Source: Sulfurimonas sp. (GTDB taxonomy: Bacteria; Campylobacterota; Campylobacteria; Campylobacterales; Sulfurimonadaceae). Taken from it: a stretch of 64,000 nt of DNA. The stretch covers positions 178,501-242,500 of the forward strand of contig NZ_JAQTOD010000002.1 of assembly GCF_028713515.1 (NCBI RefSeq). Reading direction: 5' to 3'. The notes beneath the pieces are model-generated. The model saw only the letters and a list, made by a program, of their open reading frames with translations, did not search any database and had not been told where the DNA came from. Shown in pieces: positions 17,310-25,373 of this stretch; within the stretch, counting starts at the first letter, position 1, and each line of letters begins with the position of its first letter. The position numbers were made by a program, and so were the translations under genes.

Positions 17310-19354
17310 AACTTCTCAACAAATGATGCCAAAATATCTCGTGGTGTTCCTGCGAAATTGATACTTAGCTTAACTTCTCTACCTGCCTTGCTAACGCCAC
17401 TTACTCTGCCAGTTCCAAAGATTTTATGACGAACAAGATCTCCTTTTTTAAAAGCACTGTTTTTCTCAACTATCAAAGAGCCTTCGCAAAGTCCAGCTTC
17501 GTTGAAAAATCGACTTTTTTGAAGTTCGCTTCTTCGTCCTTTGTAAAATCTACTACCAGCATGAGAGAGAGTCAAAGTCTCTTTTGCCCTTGTAATCGCA
17601 ACATAGCCAAGCCTTCTCTCCTCTTCAAGGTTGCTACCATCGCCAAGCAGAGGCAAAAATCCCTCTTCCAGCCCTATGACAAATATATGATCAAACTCCA
17701 AACCTTTTGAGGCATGGATGCTCATCATGTATATACTCTCTCCCTCAACCTGATCTTGATCACTTTGGAGAGTTAGTTCATTTAAAAATTCATCTAGAGA
17801 TGATTCAGGATGGTTTTTGACAAAATCTCTGAAAAGTCCATAAAACTCATCCATATTTAAAATTTTCTCTACCTCATCTGGCATGCCCTTGTAGATAGTT
17901 TTAAGGCTAAAAGTATCTTCTAGTGTATCTATAAAGTTATAAACCGACTCATTAACCGTTTTTGCAACAGCCTGTATATCTTTGATAAATTTTTTAACAG
18001 TTTTTGCGTTTTTGGCTTTTATAAGAGCTTCCAAATCAGCAATCGGCACTTTTTTGATATACTCAAATATCGATGTATTATTTGCGTGAGCCGCTAACTC
18101 TAGCTTATCTACACTCGCTTTTCCTAATCCTCTTTTTGGTTTATTGACTATGCGTTTAAATGAAAAATCATCATGAAAATTTGTTATAACTCTTATGTAG
18201 CTAATCAAATCTTTTATCTCTGCTCTATCATAAAAGCGTAATCCGCCAACAAGTTTGTAGTTTATACCGGAACGATTAAGTCCCTCTTCAACAGAGCGAC
18301 TTAAAACATTGACTCTATAAAGTATCACTATATCCCGCGCTCTTACACCAGAGTTTAGAAGTTTTGTGATTTTTAGAGCTATTTTTCTTGCCTCTTCACT
18401 TTCATCATTTGAGTTTAAAACAATGACCTCTTCACCACTTCCACGAGTCGGAATAAGCTGCTTTGATAGTCTTGAACGATTATGCTCTATTAAAGAGTTT
18501 GCAACTTTAAGAATTGGCTCTTTTGAGCGGTAGTTCTCTTGAAGTTTAAAAACTGAAGTGCCTATGAAATCTTGATCAAACTCTATGATATTTCTTACAT
18601 GAGCCCCACGCCAGCCATAAATACTCTGATCATCATCTCCAACCACACAGATATTGTTGTGAGCACTACAAAGTTTTTGTAGAAGTTTTAGCTGCAACTC
18701 ATTTGTATCTTGATACTCATCAACCATAATGTAGCGGTATTTGAGCGAGGTTGCGTTTGCTAGATCTGGATTTTCATCTAAAAGTCTATATGTCAGAGCA
18801 ATCAGATCATCAAAATCCACAAGATTATTCTCCAGCAGATAAGCTTCATACTCTTCATACACTTTTGCAATTTGTTGATAGTTAAAAAATTCTGCTTGCT
18901 TATAAGCATCATCTGGGGTTAGTAGCGAGTTTTTGTATCTTGAAATCTCACTCGCTATTAACGGCGTTGCTAACTCGGCATTTATTTTTTTTATGATTTT
19001 TTTCTTATCATCTGTATCTATTACTACAAAATTGTTTTCTCTGCCAAGAAGATGGATGTTGAATTTTAAAAAAAGCAGACCAAATTTATGGAAAGTACAC
19101 AGTAGTGGTGGGTAAGAGGCGTCACTCATCATCTCATTGGAGCGCTCGCGCATCTCTTTGGCGGCTTTATTTGTAAAAGTAAGAGTAAGAGTGTTTGACG
19201 CAGGAATTCCGAGTACTTCTATGAGATAAGCTAGACGAGAGATAATAGTGGTAGTCTTGCCGCTTCCAGCTCCAGCTAATATTAAAACTGGACCCTCAGA
19301 TTTTCTGATGGCCTCTGTCTGCGAATTGTTTAATTTTCCAAAAATTTTTTCCAT
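17306..19354 (-). CDS. pcrA: UvrD/PcrA-type SF1A DNA helicase
   Basis: AGAGSGKTTT, VDEYQDTN, NYRS, HASKGLEF, YVAITRAK motifs; 682 aa. Confidence 0.9.
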   Translation of the reverse strand: MEKIFGKLNNSQTEAIRKSEGPVLILAGAGSGKTTTIISRLAYLIEVLGIPASNTLTLTFTNKAAKEMRERSNEMMSDASYPPLLCTFHKFGLLFLKFNIHLLGRENNFVVIDTDDKKKIIKKINAELATPLIASEISRYKNSLLTPDDAYKQAEFFNYQQIAKVYEEYEAYLLENNLVDFDDLIALTYRLLDENPDLANATSLKYRYIMVDEYQDTNELQLKLLQKLCSAHNNICVVGDDDQSIYGWRGAHVRNIIEFDQDFIGTSVFKLQENYRSKEPILKVANSLIEHNRSRLSKQLIPTRGSGEEVIVLNSNDESEEARKIALKITKLLNSGVRARDIVILYRVNVLSRSVEEGLNRSGINYKLVGGLRFYDRAEIKDLISYIRVITNFHDDFSFKRIVNKPKRGLGKASVDKLELAAHANNTSIFEYIKKVPIADLEALIKAKNAKTVKKFIKDIQAVAKTVNESVYNFIDTLEDTFSLKTIYKGMPDEVEKILNMDEFYGLFRDFVKNHPESSLDEFLNELTLQSDQDQVEGESIYMMSIHASKGLEFDHIFVIGLEEGFLPLLGDGSNLEEERRLGYVAITRAKETLTLSHAGSRFYKGRRSELQKSRFFNEAGLCEGSLIVEKNSAFKKGDLVRHKIFGTGRVSGVSKAGREVKLSINFAGTPRDILASFVEKL

Positions 19355-19409
19355 TTTTTACCATTACATAATATTTAATTTGTTTTATTATATCTAAAAA
19401 AAAGATATA

Positions 19410-19424
19410 AGTTATTACATAACT
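19410..19424. promoter_or_regulatory. AGTTAT-TAC-ATAACT inverted repeat in the pcrA/lysR divergent region
   Basis: 6-bp perfect arms, about 60 nt upstream of the LysR-family gene start. Fits a T-N11-A style LysR box. Function is inferred. Confidence 0.3.
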
Positions 19425-19486
19425 ATTGCTTTAATTATAATTATCAGTTATACTTTTACTTATTATTTGAACTTATAGGAATTATT

Positions 19487-20389
19487 ATGTTAAACGATTT
19501 CGCTAAATTAGAGACTTTTTTAATGGTTATCAAAGAGAAGAGTTTTTCAAAAGCCTCAGCAAAACTTGGCATATCTCAACCAGCAGTTACGCAGCAGATA
19601 AAATTTATAGAAGAGTATCTTGGCACGAAAGTTGTTGATAGAAAGAAAAATGGGATTATTTTAACAAAAGAGGGCGAGGATCTATATAGAATTGCTATGA
19701 GACTTGAAAAAGCAATATTGAGCAGTGAAAAAGATTTACTTAAAATCATCAACAAAGATTTTACTTTCTCTATTGGCTCATCAAATGCAATTGGTAACTA
19801 CATACTTCCAAACTATCTTGGTGAAATCAAAAAAAGAATCAACAACAATATCTACATGAATGTTGCTTTATCAGCAGAGGTTATAGACCAACTCGAAGAT
19901 AAAAAAATAGATTTAGCTCTTGTTGAATCTCCCGTCTTTAGAGATGGAATCACATATAGAGAGTGGGTTGTGGATGAGTTGGTTGTATTTTCAAATCAAC
20001 CAATCAAAAAGCATCTATCGGCTGATGATTTGCTATGTTTTGACTGGATTTGCAGGGATGAAAATTCACATACCAGAAAACTTACAAGCGAGGCTTTTGA
20101 GGAGATGGAAGTTCAGTGTAGTAACTTCAATGTACTAGGTATTTTAGGAAGCCCAACTGCAATAAAAGAAGCAATAATGTTTGCAGATAGAAATAGCGAG
20201 AGACCAATTGTATCGGTTATGTCAAGACATGTAATTGCTCAGGAGTTAAAAGAGGGTAGACTTTTTGAAGCTAGGCTTAAAAACTACAAGCTAGAGAGAA
20301 ATTTCTATATTGCATACCTAAAAGATAGAAAACATGATGCTTTTGTTGATAATGTGGTAACATTTTTACTATCCATAAATAAAATATAA
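19487..20389 (+). CDS. LysR-family transcriptional regulator
   Basis: N-terminal HTH (FSKASAKLGISQPAVTQQIKFIEEYLG) plus a substrate-binding domain; 300 aa. Confidence 0.9.
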   Translation: MLNDFAKLETFLMVIKEKSFSKASAKLGISQPAVTQQIKFIEEYLGTKVVDRKKNGIILTKEGEDLYRIAMRLEKAILSSEKDLLKIINKDFTFSIGSSNAIGNYILPNYLGEIKKRINNNIYMNVALSAEVIDQLEDKKIDLALVESPVFRDGITYREWVVDELVVFSNQPIKKHLSADDLLCFDWICRDENSHTRKLTSEAFEEMEVQCSNFNVLGILGSPTAIKEAIMFADRNSERPIVSVMSRHVIAQELKEGRLFEARLKNYKLERNFYIAYLKDRKHDAFVDNVVTFLLSINKI

Positions 20390-20393
20390 GCAA

Positions 20394-20430
20394 AAGTCAA
20401 CAAAAATAAATTTTGTTGACTTATTTTTTT
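20394..20430. terminator. bidirectional intrinsic terminator
   Basis: 12-bp perfect stem AAGTCAACAAAA / TTTTGTTGACTT with a 5-nt loop, followed by T7 on the plus strand and an A-run on the other side. Lies between convergent genes. Confidence 0.65.
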
Positions 20431-20879
20431 AAAAATTTTGAATTCTCTGGATTTGATAAAAAAGAGGTCATTGAGTTCTCAACTCCGCATACATCTGTTT
20501 TAGCTTCTTTGCTAGTCTCTTGCTTATAGTTTGATAAATTTATAAAAATTGGTGTCTCATCTACAATAATCTGAACAATATCTACCATTGGAACGCTCAC
20601 TACACTCCCAAAGTTATCAGCTCCAAAACCAGCCTCAAAAACTAAATCATCCTCAACAATTCTTGCTGTCTCAAATGTATAGCCTGCCAAAAAGAAGAGT
20701 GTCATTAATCTAAACTCATCTTTTATGGATTTTGGAAGCTCTGGATCAAATACCACTCTATCTATCTTACAGAGCACTCCAAAGTTTTGCTCTCTCTCAA
20801 ATAGATAAATTACTAATTTTTCTATACTATTTTGCATCAGTTTTGCAAATTTTTTATCTTCAATTATTCTCTCTAACAA
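20421..20879 (-). CDS. SspB-like (ClpXP adaptor family) protein, tentative
   Basis: DDLVFEAGFGADNFGSVVSVPMVDIVQII parallels E. coli SspB DEVRFNARFGGIPRQVSVPLAAVLAIY. A disordered tail ends in FLKK. Confidence 0.5.
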   Translation of the reverse strand: MLERIIEDKKFAKLMQNSIEKLVIYLFEREQNFGVLCKIDRVVFDPELPKSIKDEFRLMTLFFLAGYTFETARIVEDDLVFEAGFGADNFGSVVSVPMVDIVQIIVDETPIFINLSNYKQETSKEAKTDVCGVENSMTSFLSNPENSKFLKK

Positions 20880-21475
20880 AATATATCCTTTTTATTTTGC
20901 ATAATTATATCAAAATCTATCATGGCGTTTAAAAGAGCTACTTTTGTAAAATTTTTAATATCTTCAGCGTATATATCAGCTTCAAATATTTTACCATCAT
21001 CAAGTAGTCTCGCCCTTGTTACTCCCATAAGCAGTGGCTTTCTTGGCGTAATCCACTTGCCCTTATCCCAAAAAGCAATATTTGCGATAGTTGTGTCTGT
21101 TACTAAATTATCTCTAATTATCAAGATATCATCGCACTTGTCTCTAAGCTCAAAAAGGTCGTTAAGCCCTTTTCTACTCTCATATTTATATCCATAATCT
21201 ATATCATTACAGTTAATAATTCTCAAGAAGTTTATATCTCTTTTTTTATATTCATGATATGTCACACATATTGTATGTGGAGATTTTGTTATATCATAGA
21301 CCAATCGACATCTATATACTCCATCTTTTGGTGGATCTATAAAATTCCTTAAATCATATTTTATTTTTATACTAAAATCGTTCAATGTTTTTTCATATCT
21401 TTTTTGATGATACTCAAGATGGTATATTTTTCCATTAACCGCCTTTATTGTCTCAAAAAAGATTTTATTCACCAA
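20873..21475 (-). CDS. pabC: short class-IV aminotransferase fold protein (aminodeoxychorismate lyase-like)
   Basis: 200 aa. The pattern LIIRDNLVTDTTIANIAF...PLLMGVTR resembles the PabC/IlvE fold-type IV C-terminal half. Confidence 0.65.
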   Translation of the reverse strand: MVNKIFFETIKAVNGKIYHLEYHQKRYEKTLNDFSIKIKYDLRNFIDPPKDGVYRCRLVYDITKSPHTICVTYHEYKKRDINFLRIINCNDIDYGYKYESRKGLNDLFELRDKCDDILIIRDNLVTDTTIANIAFWDKGKWITPRKPLLMGVTRARLLDDGKIFEADIYAEDIKNFTKVALLNAMIDFDIIMQNKKDIFC

Positions 21476-22388
21476 AAAGTTCTGTACTTAGATATCTCTC
21501 GCCAGTATCACATAAAATCGTGACGATAGTTTTATTTTTAAACTCCACTCTTGAAGCGATTTGCATCGCTGCATAAACATTTGCTCCAGAAGAAATTCCA
21601 ACAAGTAGACCCTCTCTTAACGCTAACATTTTTGCTGTATTTATCGCATCTTCATTGCTCACTTTTATAACTTCACTATAAATTGCAGTATCCAGTATTG
21701 ATGGTATAAATCCAGCTCCAATCCCTTGAATAGCATGTGCACCAGCTGCTTCACCAGAGAGAACAGCTGAGTTCTTTGGCTCAACCGCAATTATAGCAAT
21801 AGATGGGATTTCATCTCTTAAAACTTTTGCCGTGCCACTTAGTGTCCCGCCTGTTCCAACAGCAGCAACAAAAACATCAATTTTTTTATCTGTGTCTTCT
21901 AAGATCTCTCTTGCTGTTGTTAGCGCATGAATTTCTGGGTTAGATGGATTGCTAAACTGCTGAAGAACTATGGTGTTTGGCATCTCACGGCTAAGCTCCT
22001 CTGCTTTAGATATTGCTCCGCTCATACCCTCTTTGGCTGGAGTTAATACAAGTTTTGCACCAAATGCTTTTAATAGTTTTCTTCTCTCAATACTCATAGA
22101 TTCTGGCATAGTAAGTATGAGTTTTATGCCCTGCGCTGCACAATTTGCCGCTAACGCTACACCAGTATTTCCACTAGTTGGCTCTATAATTGTTGTCTCT
22201 TTTGTGATTAGTCCACTCTCCTGTGCTCGTCTTATCATATTGAATGCGGTTCTATCTTTAACTGAACTCGTAGGGTTCATAAATTCACATTTTGCAACTA
22301 TATTTGCACTGCTCTCATTGGATGCCCAGTTCAATCTAACAAGTGGCGTATTTCCGATAAGTTCTGTTATATTTTTTGCAATTTTCAT
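21465..22388 (-). CDS. cysK: cysteine synthase A (O-acetylserine sulfhydrylase)
   Basis: IGNTPLVRL, NPTSSVKDR PLP lysine, TSGNTG, GTGGT motifs. Confidence 0.94.
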   Translation of the reverse strand: MKIAKNITELIGNTPLVRLNWASNESSANIVAKCEFMNPTSSVKDRTAFNMIRRAQESGLITKETTIIEPTSGNTGVALAANCAAQGIKLILTMPESMSIERRKLLKAFGAKLVLTPAKEGMSGAISKAEELSREMPNTIVLQQFSNPSNPEIHALTTAREILEDTDKKIDVFVAAVGTGGTLSGTAKVLRDEIPSIAIIAVEPKNSAVLSGEAAGAHAIQGIGAGFIPSILDTAIYSEVIKVSNEDAINTAKMLALREGLLVGISSGANVYAAMQIASRVEFKNKTIVTILCDTGERYLSTELFGE

Positions 22389-22410
22389 AAATAATCCTAT
22401 AAAGTTATTA

Positions 22411-22445
22411 AATAGAGTTCATTTATTTTATGAAAGAACTCTATT
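22411..22445. promoter_or_regulatory. 10-bp perfect inverted repeat AATAGAGTTC-N15-GAACTCTATT in the cysK/cupin divergent promoter region
   Basis: Read directly from the sequence. Lies about 25-60 nt upstream of the cysK ATG. Confidence 0.45.
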
Positions 22446-22489
22446 ATTTTTATGTTATGCTACCAAAAAAATTATAACAAGAGGCTATT

Positions 22490-22846
22490 ATGTACCTACA
22501 CAAAAAGTTAAATTTAGTTGAAACAGTGGCACAAAAAGCAGGTAAAGGGGTATCAATGAGGATGTTATTATCTTCAGAGGAGACGCCAAACTTCGCTATG
22601 CGCAATTTTATTATTGAAGCTGGTGGACATATGCCACTTCATACGAATGCGATTGAACATGAACAGTATGTTATCTCTGGCTCTGCATTGGTTCAAATAG
22701 GTGATAAAAAAGTAACGGCTGAAGCTGGAGATATATTTTTAATTCCAGCAGGAGTTTCTCATAGCTACGAAACCATAGGGGATGAGAGTTACAGTTTTTT
22801 ATGTTTGGTTCCAAACAAAGAGGACTCCATAGTTTTAGTTGGCTAG
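22490..22846 (+). CDS. cupin-domain protein
   Basis: GGHMPLHTNAIEHEQYVISG...GDIFLIPAGVSHSY is a two-motif metal-binding cupin. Confidence 0.78.
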   Translation: MYLHKKLNLVETVAQKAGKGVSMRMLLSSEETPNFAMRNFIIEAGGHMPLHTNAIEHEQYVISGSALVQIGDKKVTAEAGDIFLIPAGVSHSYETIGDESYSFLCLVPNKEDSIVLVG

Positions 22847-22878
22847 GCTTAGTTACTCTGCCAGCCTAGAGCAGTTAA

Positions 22879-23370
22879 CTATAGAGCATCACCATCATCA
22901 AGAAGTTTAAGTTTTAGGACATGTCTCTCTGTGATTACAGTCTTAAACTCACCTTCAAAAACTTTTATATCATAAACAAAACCAACTACATGCACATTTC
23001 TTTTTCGCCCCTCTTTATGGCGAACTTTAGCAGTAAAATTTACTATATTTCCAATTTTTACAGGTGATAAGAACTGACATTCACTTCCAACCAAAACTAC
23101 ATTTCTCTCATTTACTGCAAGCATTGCAGCATAATCCGCTGCACTAAAAATAAATCCCGCATGAACCAAGCCATGCTCATCAACCACCATCTCTGGAACA
23201 GTTGTTAGCATGAGCTCAACATACCCAGCTTCCATTTTCTGAATCTCTCCACAAAGCTCACCATTTATTCTCTCGTGAGTTCTTAAAAGAACGGTTGTTT
23301 TACCAGAGGTTTCCTCAAGATGCAACTCATCTAAATCAATATCATCTTCAGTATCTTTTTTTAATTTCAC
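22879..23370 (-). CDS. hotdog-fold thioesterase-like protein (PaaI/YbgC-like)
   Basis: [16 protein letters not shown] and the central-helix/beta-sheet pattern. 4-nt overlap with cmoB. Confidence 0.7.
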   Translation of the reverse strand: MKLKKDTEDDIDLDELHLEETSGKTTVLLRTHERINGELCGEIQKMEAGYVELMLTTVPEMVVDEHGLVHAGFIFSAADYAAMLAVNERNVVLVGSECQFLSPVKIGNIVNFTAKVRHKEGRKRNVHVVGFVYDIKVFEGEFKTVITERHVLKLKLLDDGDAL

Positions 23371-24263
23371 TTCTTATCCTTAGTAAGTCTAACATAGACT
23401 CTAGCAGGAGCATCATAACCCTCTACTGTTTTTGTTTTATCATTTTCATCTAAAAAATTCTCTAGGGATTCGCCTTCAATCCAAGAAGTTTTTCTCTGCT
23501 CATTTGAGTCTGTTTTAGAACGCTCAAGAACCTCAAAGCCACTAAATCCAGCCCTTTTACACCAATTTTTAAGAGCTTTTATTGTCGGAACAAAATAGAC
23601 ATTTGGTATCTTTGAATAAGATGACTCGGGACATAAACAAAACTCGCCCTCGCCCTCTATATAAAATGTGTCTAAAATAACTTCACCACTATTTTCTAAT
23701 CCCTTATAGAGTGATTTTAACATCGCAATAGGATCGCTTCTGTGATACAAAACACCCAAACAAAATATAAAATCAAACTTTTTTTCGTAAAACTCCAGAT
23801 GCTCAACACCAAGTAGTTCATAAACAATTTTACTCTTTACAAAATGATTTATAAAATCAAACTGTGTTTTAAATAGAGGCGATGGATCAAAACCAACGAG
23901 CAGTTTTGGCTTATCTTCTTGCATTCTAAACATATAGTAGCCATTGTTGCAACCTATATCGGCAACTCTCTTATCTTTTAAATTAAAATGTTTACGAAGA
24001 AGATTGTATTTGACATTGCTTCTCCACTCAGAATCTATATATGTGTCAAAAAGCACAAATGGACCTTTTCTCCATGGCATCATAGATTTTGCAATATCAC
24101 GAAGCTTCAAGAGATCTTTATACTCTCCACCAATCTCAATAGCATCACCCAGATTGACCTCAAAAGAACCATCTTCAAGGTCGTTTAACTGCTCACGGAT
24201 GGGAGCAATATTTTTCCATCCCATCCATTTTTCTCTCTCTGCTCTTACGCTATCTATATTCAT
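23367..24263 (-). CDS. cmoB: tRNA U34 carboxymethyltransferase CmoB
   Basis: [32 protein letters not shown]-MTase motif. Confidence 0.85.
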   Translation of the reverse strand: MNIDSVRAEREKWMGWKNIAPIREQLNDLEDGSFEVNLGDAIEIGGEYKDLLKLRDIAKSMMPWRKGPFVLFDTYIDSEWRSNVKYNLLRKHFNLKDKRVADIGCNNGYYMFRMQEDKPKLLVGFDPSPLFKTQFDFINHFVKSKIVYELLGVEHLEFYEKKFDFIFCLGVLYHRSDPIAMLKSLYKGLENSGEVILDTFYIEGEGEFCLCPESSYSKIPNVYFVPTIKALKNWCKRAGFSGFEVLERSKTDSNEQRKTSWIEGESLENFLDENDKTKTVEGYDAPARVYVRLTKDKK

Positions 24264-24319
24264 TGTTGTGCTTTATCTTAATTTTTTTTAATTATAATTG
24301 TATCCAAATAGGGAGTTTT

Positions 24320-25213
24320 ATGCGTTTAGAAAAAAAAGCGACTGTTGTCTCAACTTCAACAGCAGCGCTACTTGTTATCATAAAAATGACAGTTGGAATT
24401 TTTAGCGGTTCTATTGCCGTAATGGCATCTGCGATTGACTCGTTTTTAGATCTTATCATCTCATTGTTTAACTACTTTGCTCTTAATAGCGCAGAAAAAG
24501 ATCCAGATGACAAGTTTCACTTTGGACGAGGAAAAATTGAACCCATGGCCGCCGTTATGGAGGGGATAGTAATCTCGTTTTCTGCGTTTTTTATACTCTT
24601 TCAGGCACTCTCAAAATTTATAGATCATGAGCCAATGAGTGGAGTCAATGAGAGCATAATTGTTATGGTTGTCTCTTTTGTAATCACCGCTTTTTTGGTT
24701 ATTTTCTTAAATAATGTTGCTAAAAAAACTGGCAATATGGTCATAAAAGCAGATGCTCTTCACTACAAAACAGACCTGCTCTCAAACGGAGCAATTTTGT
24801 TTGCTCTTGGAGTCATTGCTTATACTGGAGAGTACTTAATAGATCCAATATTGGGTATATTAATTGGATTGTATATGATTTACTCATCTGTTCCAATCAT
24901 CAAAGAGGGAGTTTTAATGCTTCTTGATGCAGCGCTAACCCAAGAACAGATGCAGGATATTGTAAATATACTTGAGAGCGAAAAAGCGATAGTAGCTTTT
25001 CATGATTTAAGAACAAGAGAATCTGGCTCGCATATATTTATCTCATTTCATGCAGTATTTAATATAAGTATCTCTCTCTATGATGCACATGCAATCTCGG
25101 ATAAAGTAGAAGCAAAACTAAGAGCTCTATTTGAAGATAAAAAAGTTCACATACTTATACATATGGATCCATACGATGACTCAGAGATAAATGAGGTAGA
25201 AGATCTTTACTGA
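24320..25213 (+). CDS. cation diffusion facilitator (CDF) family metal efflux transporter
   Basis: Six TM segments, SAIDSFLD and HYKTDLLSN motifs, cytoplasmic C-terminal domain. I place the start at ATG 24320 (GGGAG SD), not 24263. Confidence 0.9.
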   Translation: MRLEKKATVVSTSTAALLVIIKMTVGIFSGSIAVMASAIDSFLDLIISLFNYFALNSAEKDPDDKFHFGRGKIEPMAAVMEGIVISFSAFFILFQALSKFIDHEPMSGVNESIIVMVVSFVITAFLVIFLNNVAKKTGNMVIKADALHYKTDLLSNGAILFALGVIAYTGEYLIDPILGILIGLYMIYSSVPIIKEGVLMLLDAALTQEQMQDIVNILESEKAIVAFHDLRTRESGSHIFISFHAVFNISISLYDAHAISDKVEAKLRALFEDKKVHILIHMDPYDDSEINEVEDLY

Positions 25214-25218
25214 TTATG

Positions 25219-25302
25219 CGCTAAAACGAATGAGTCCGTTTTAGCGGGAGGGGCTCGTTCGTCCCTTCCAACCTCCTAAAGCTACGAAAAACTAGTTTTT
25301 CG
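25219..25302. terminator. cluster of three hairpins between convergent genes (terminators or small RNA)
   Basis: Hairpin 1 at 25219-25246 has a 10-bp stem. Hairpin 2 at 25246-25269 is a GC-rich 8-bp stem with 2 G-U pairs. Hairpin 3 at 25285-25302 is the 18-nt palindrome CGAAAAACTAGTTTTTCG. Confidence 0.45.
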
Positions 25303-25373
25303 AGAATTACAAGGAATTATTAATAAGTTTGTTTTTCTAAAGAAACTTCCTTTTGGCGGGAGAGACTCTTCTT

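Noticed and set aside
21970-22521. 183-aa plus-strand ORF antisense to cysK. Similar long antisense ORFs occur at 48600-49100 (opposite fliG), 6648-7064 (opposite ffh), 55034-55399 (opposite lysA) and 12958-13272 (opposite metY).
   Set aside because: Each lies entirely opposite a confidently identified conserved gene. Their translations are low-complexity (Ser/Leu/Ile/Phe-rich) with no motifs. This is typical of stop-poor antisense frames in AT-rich, codon-biased genes.
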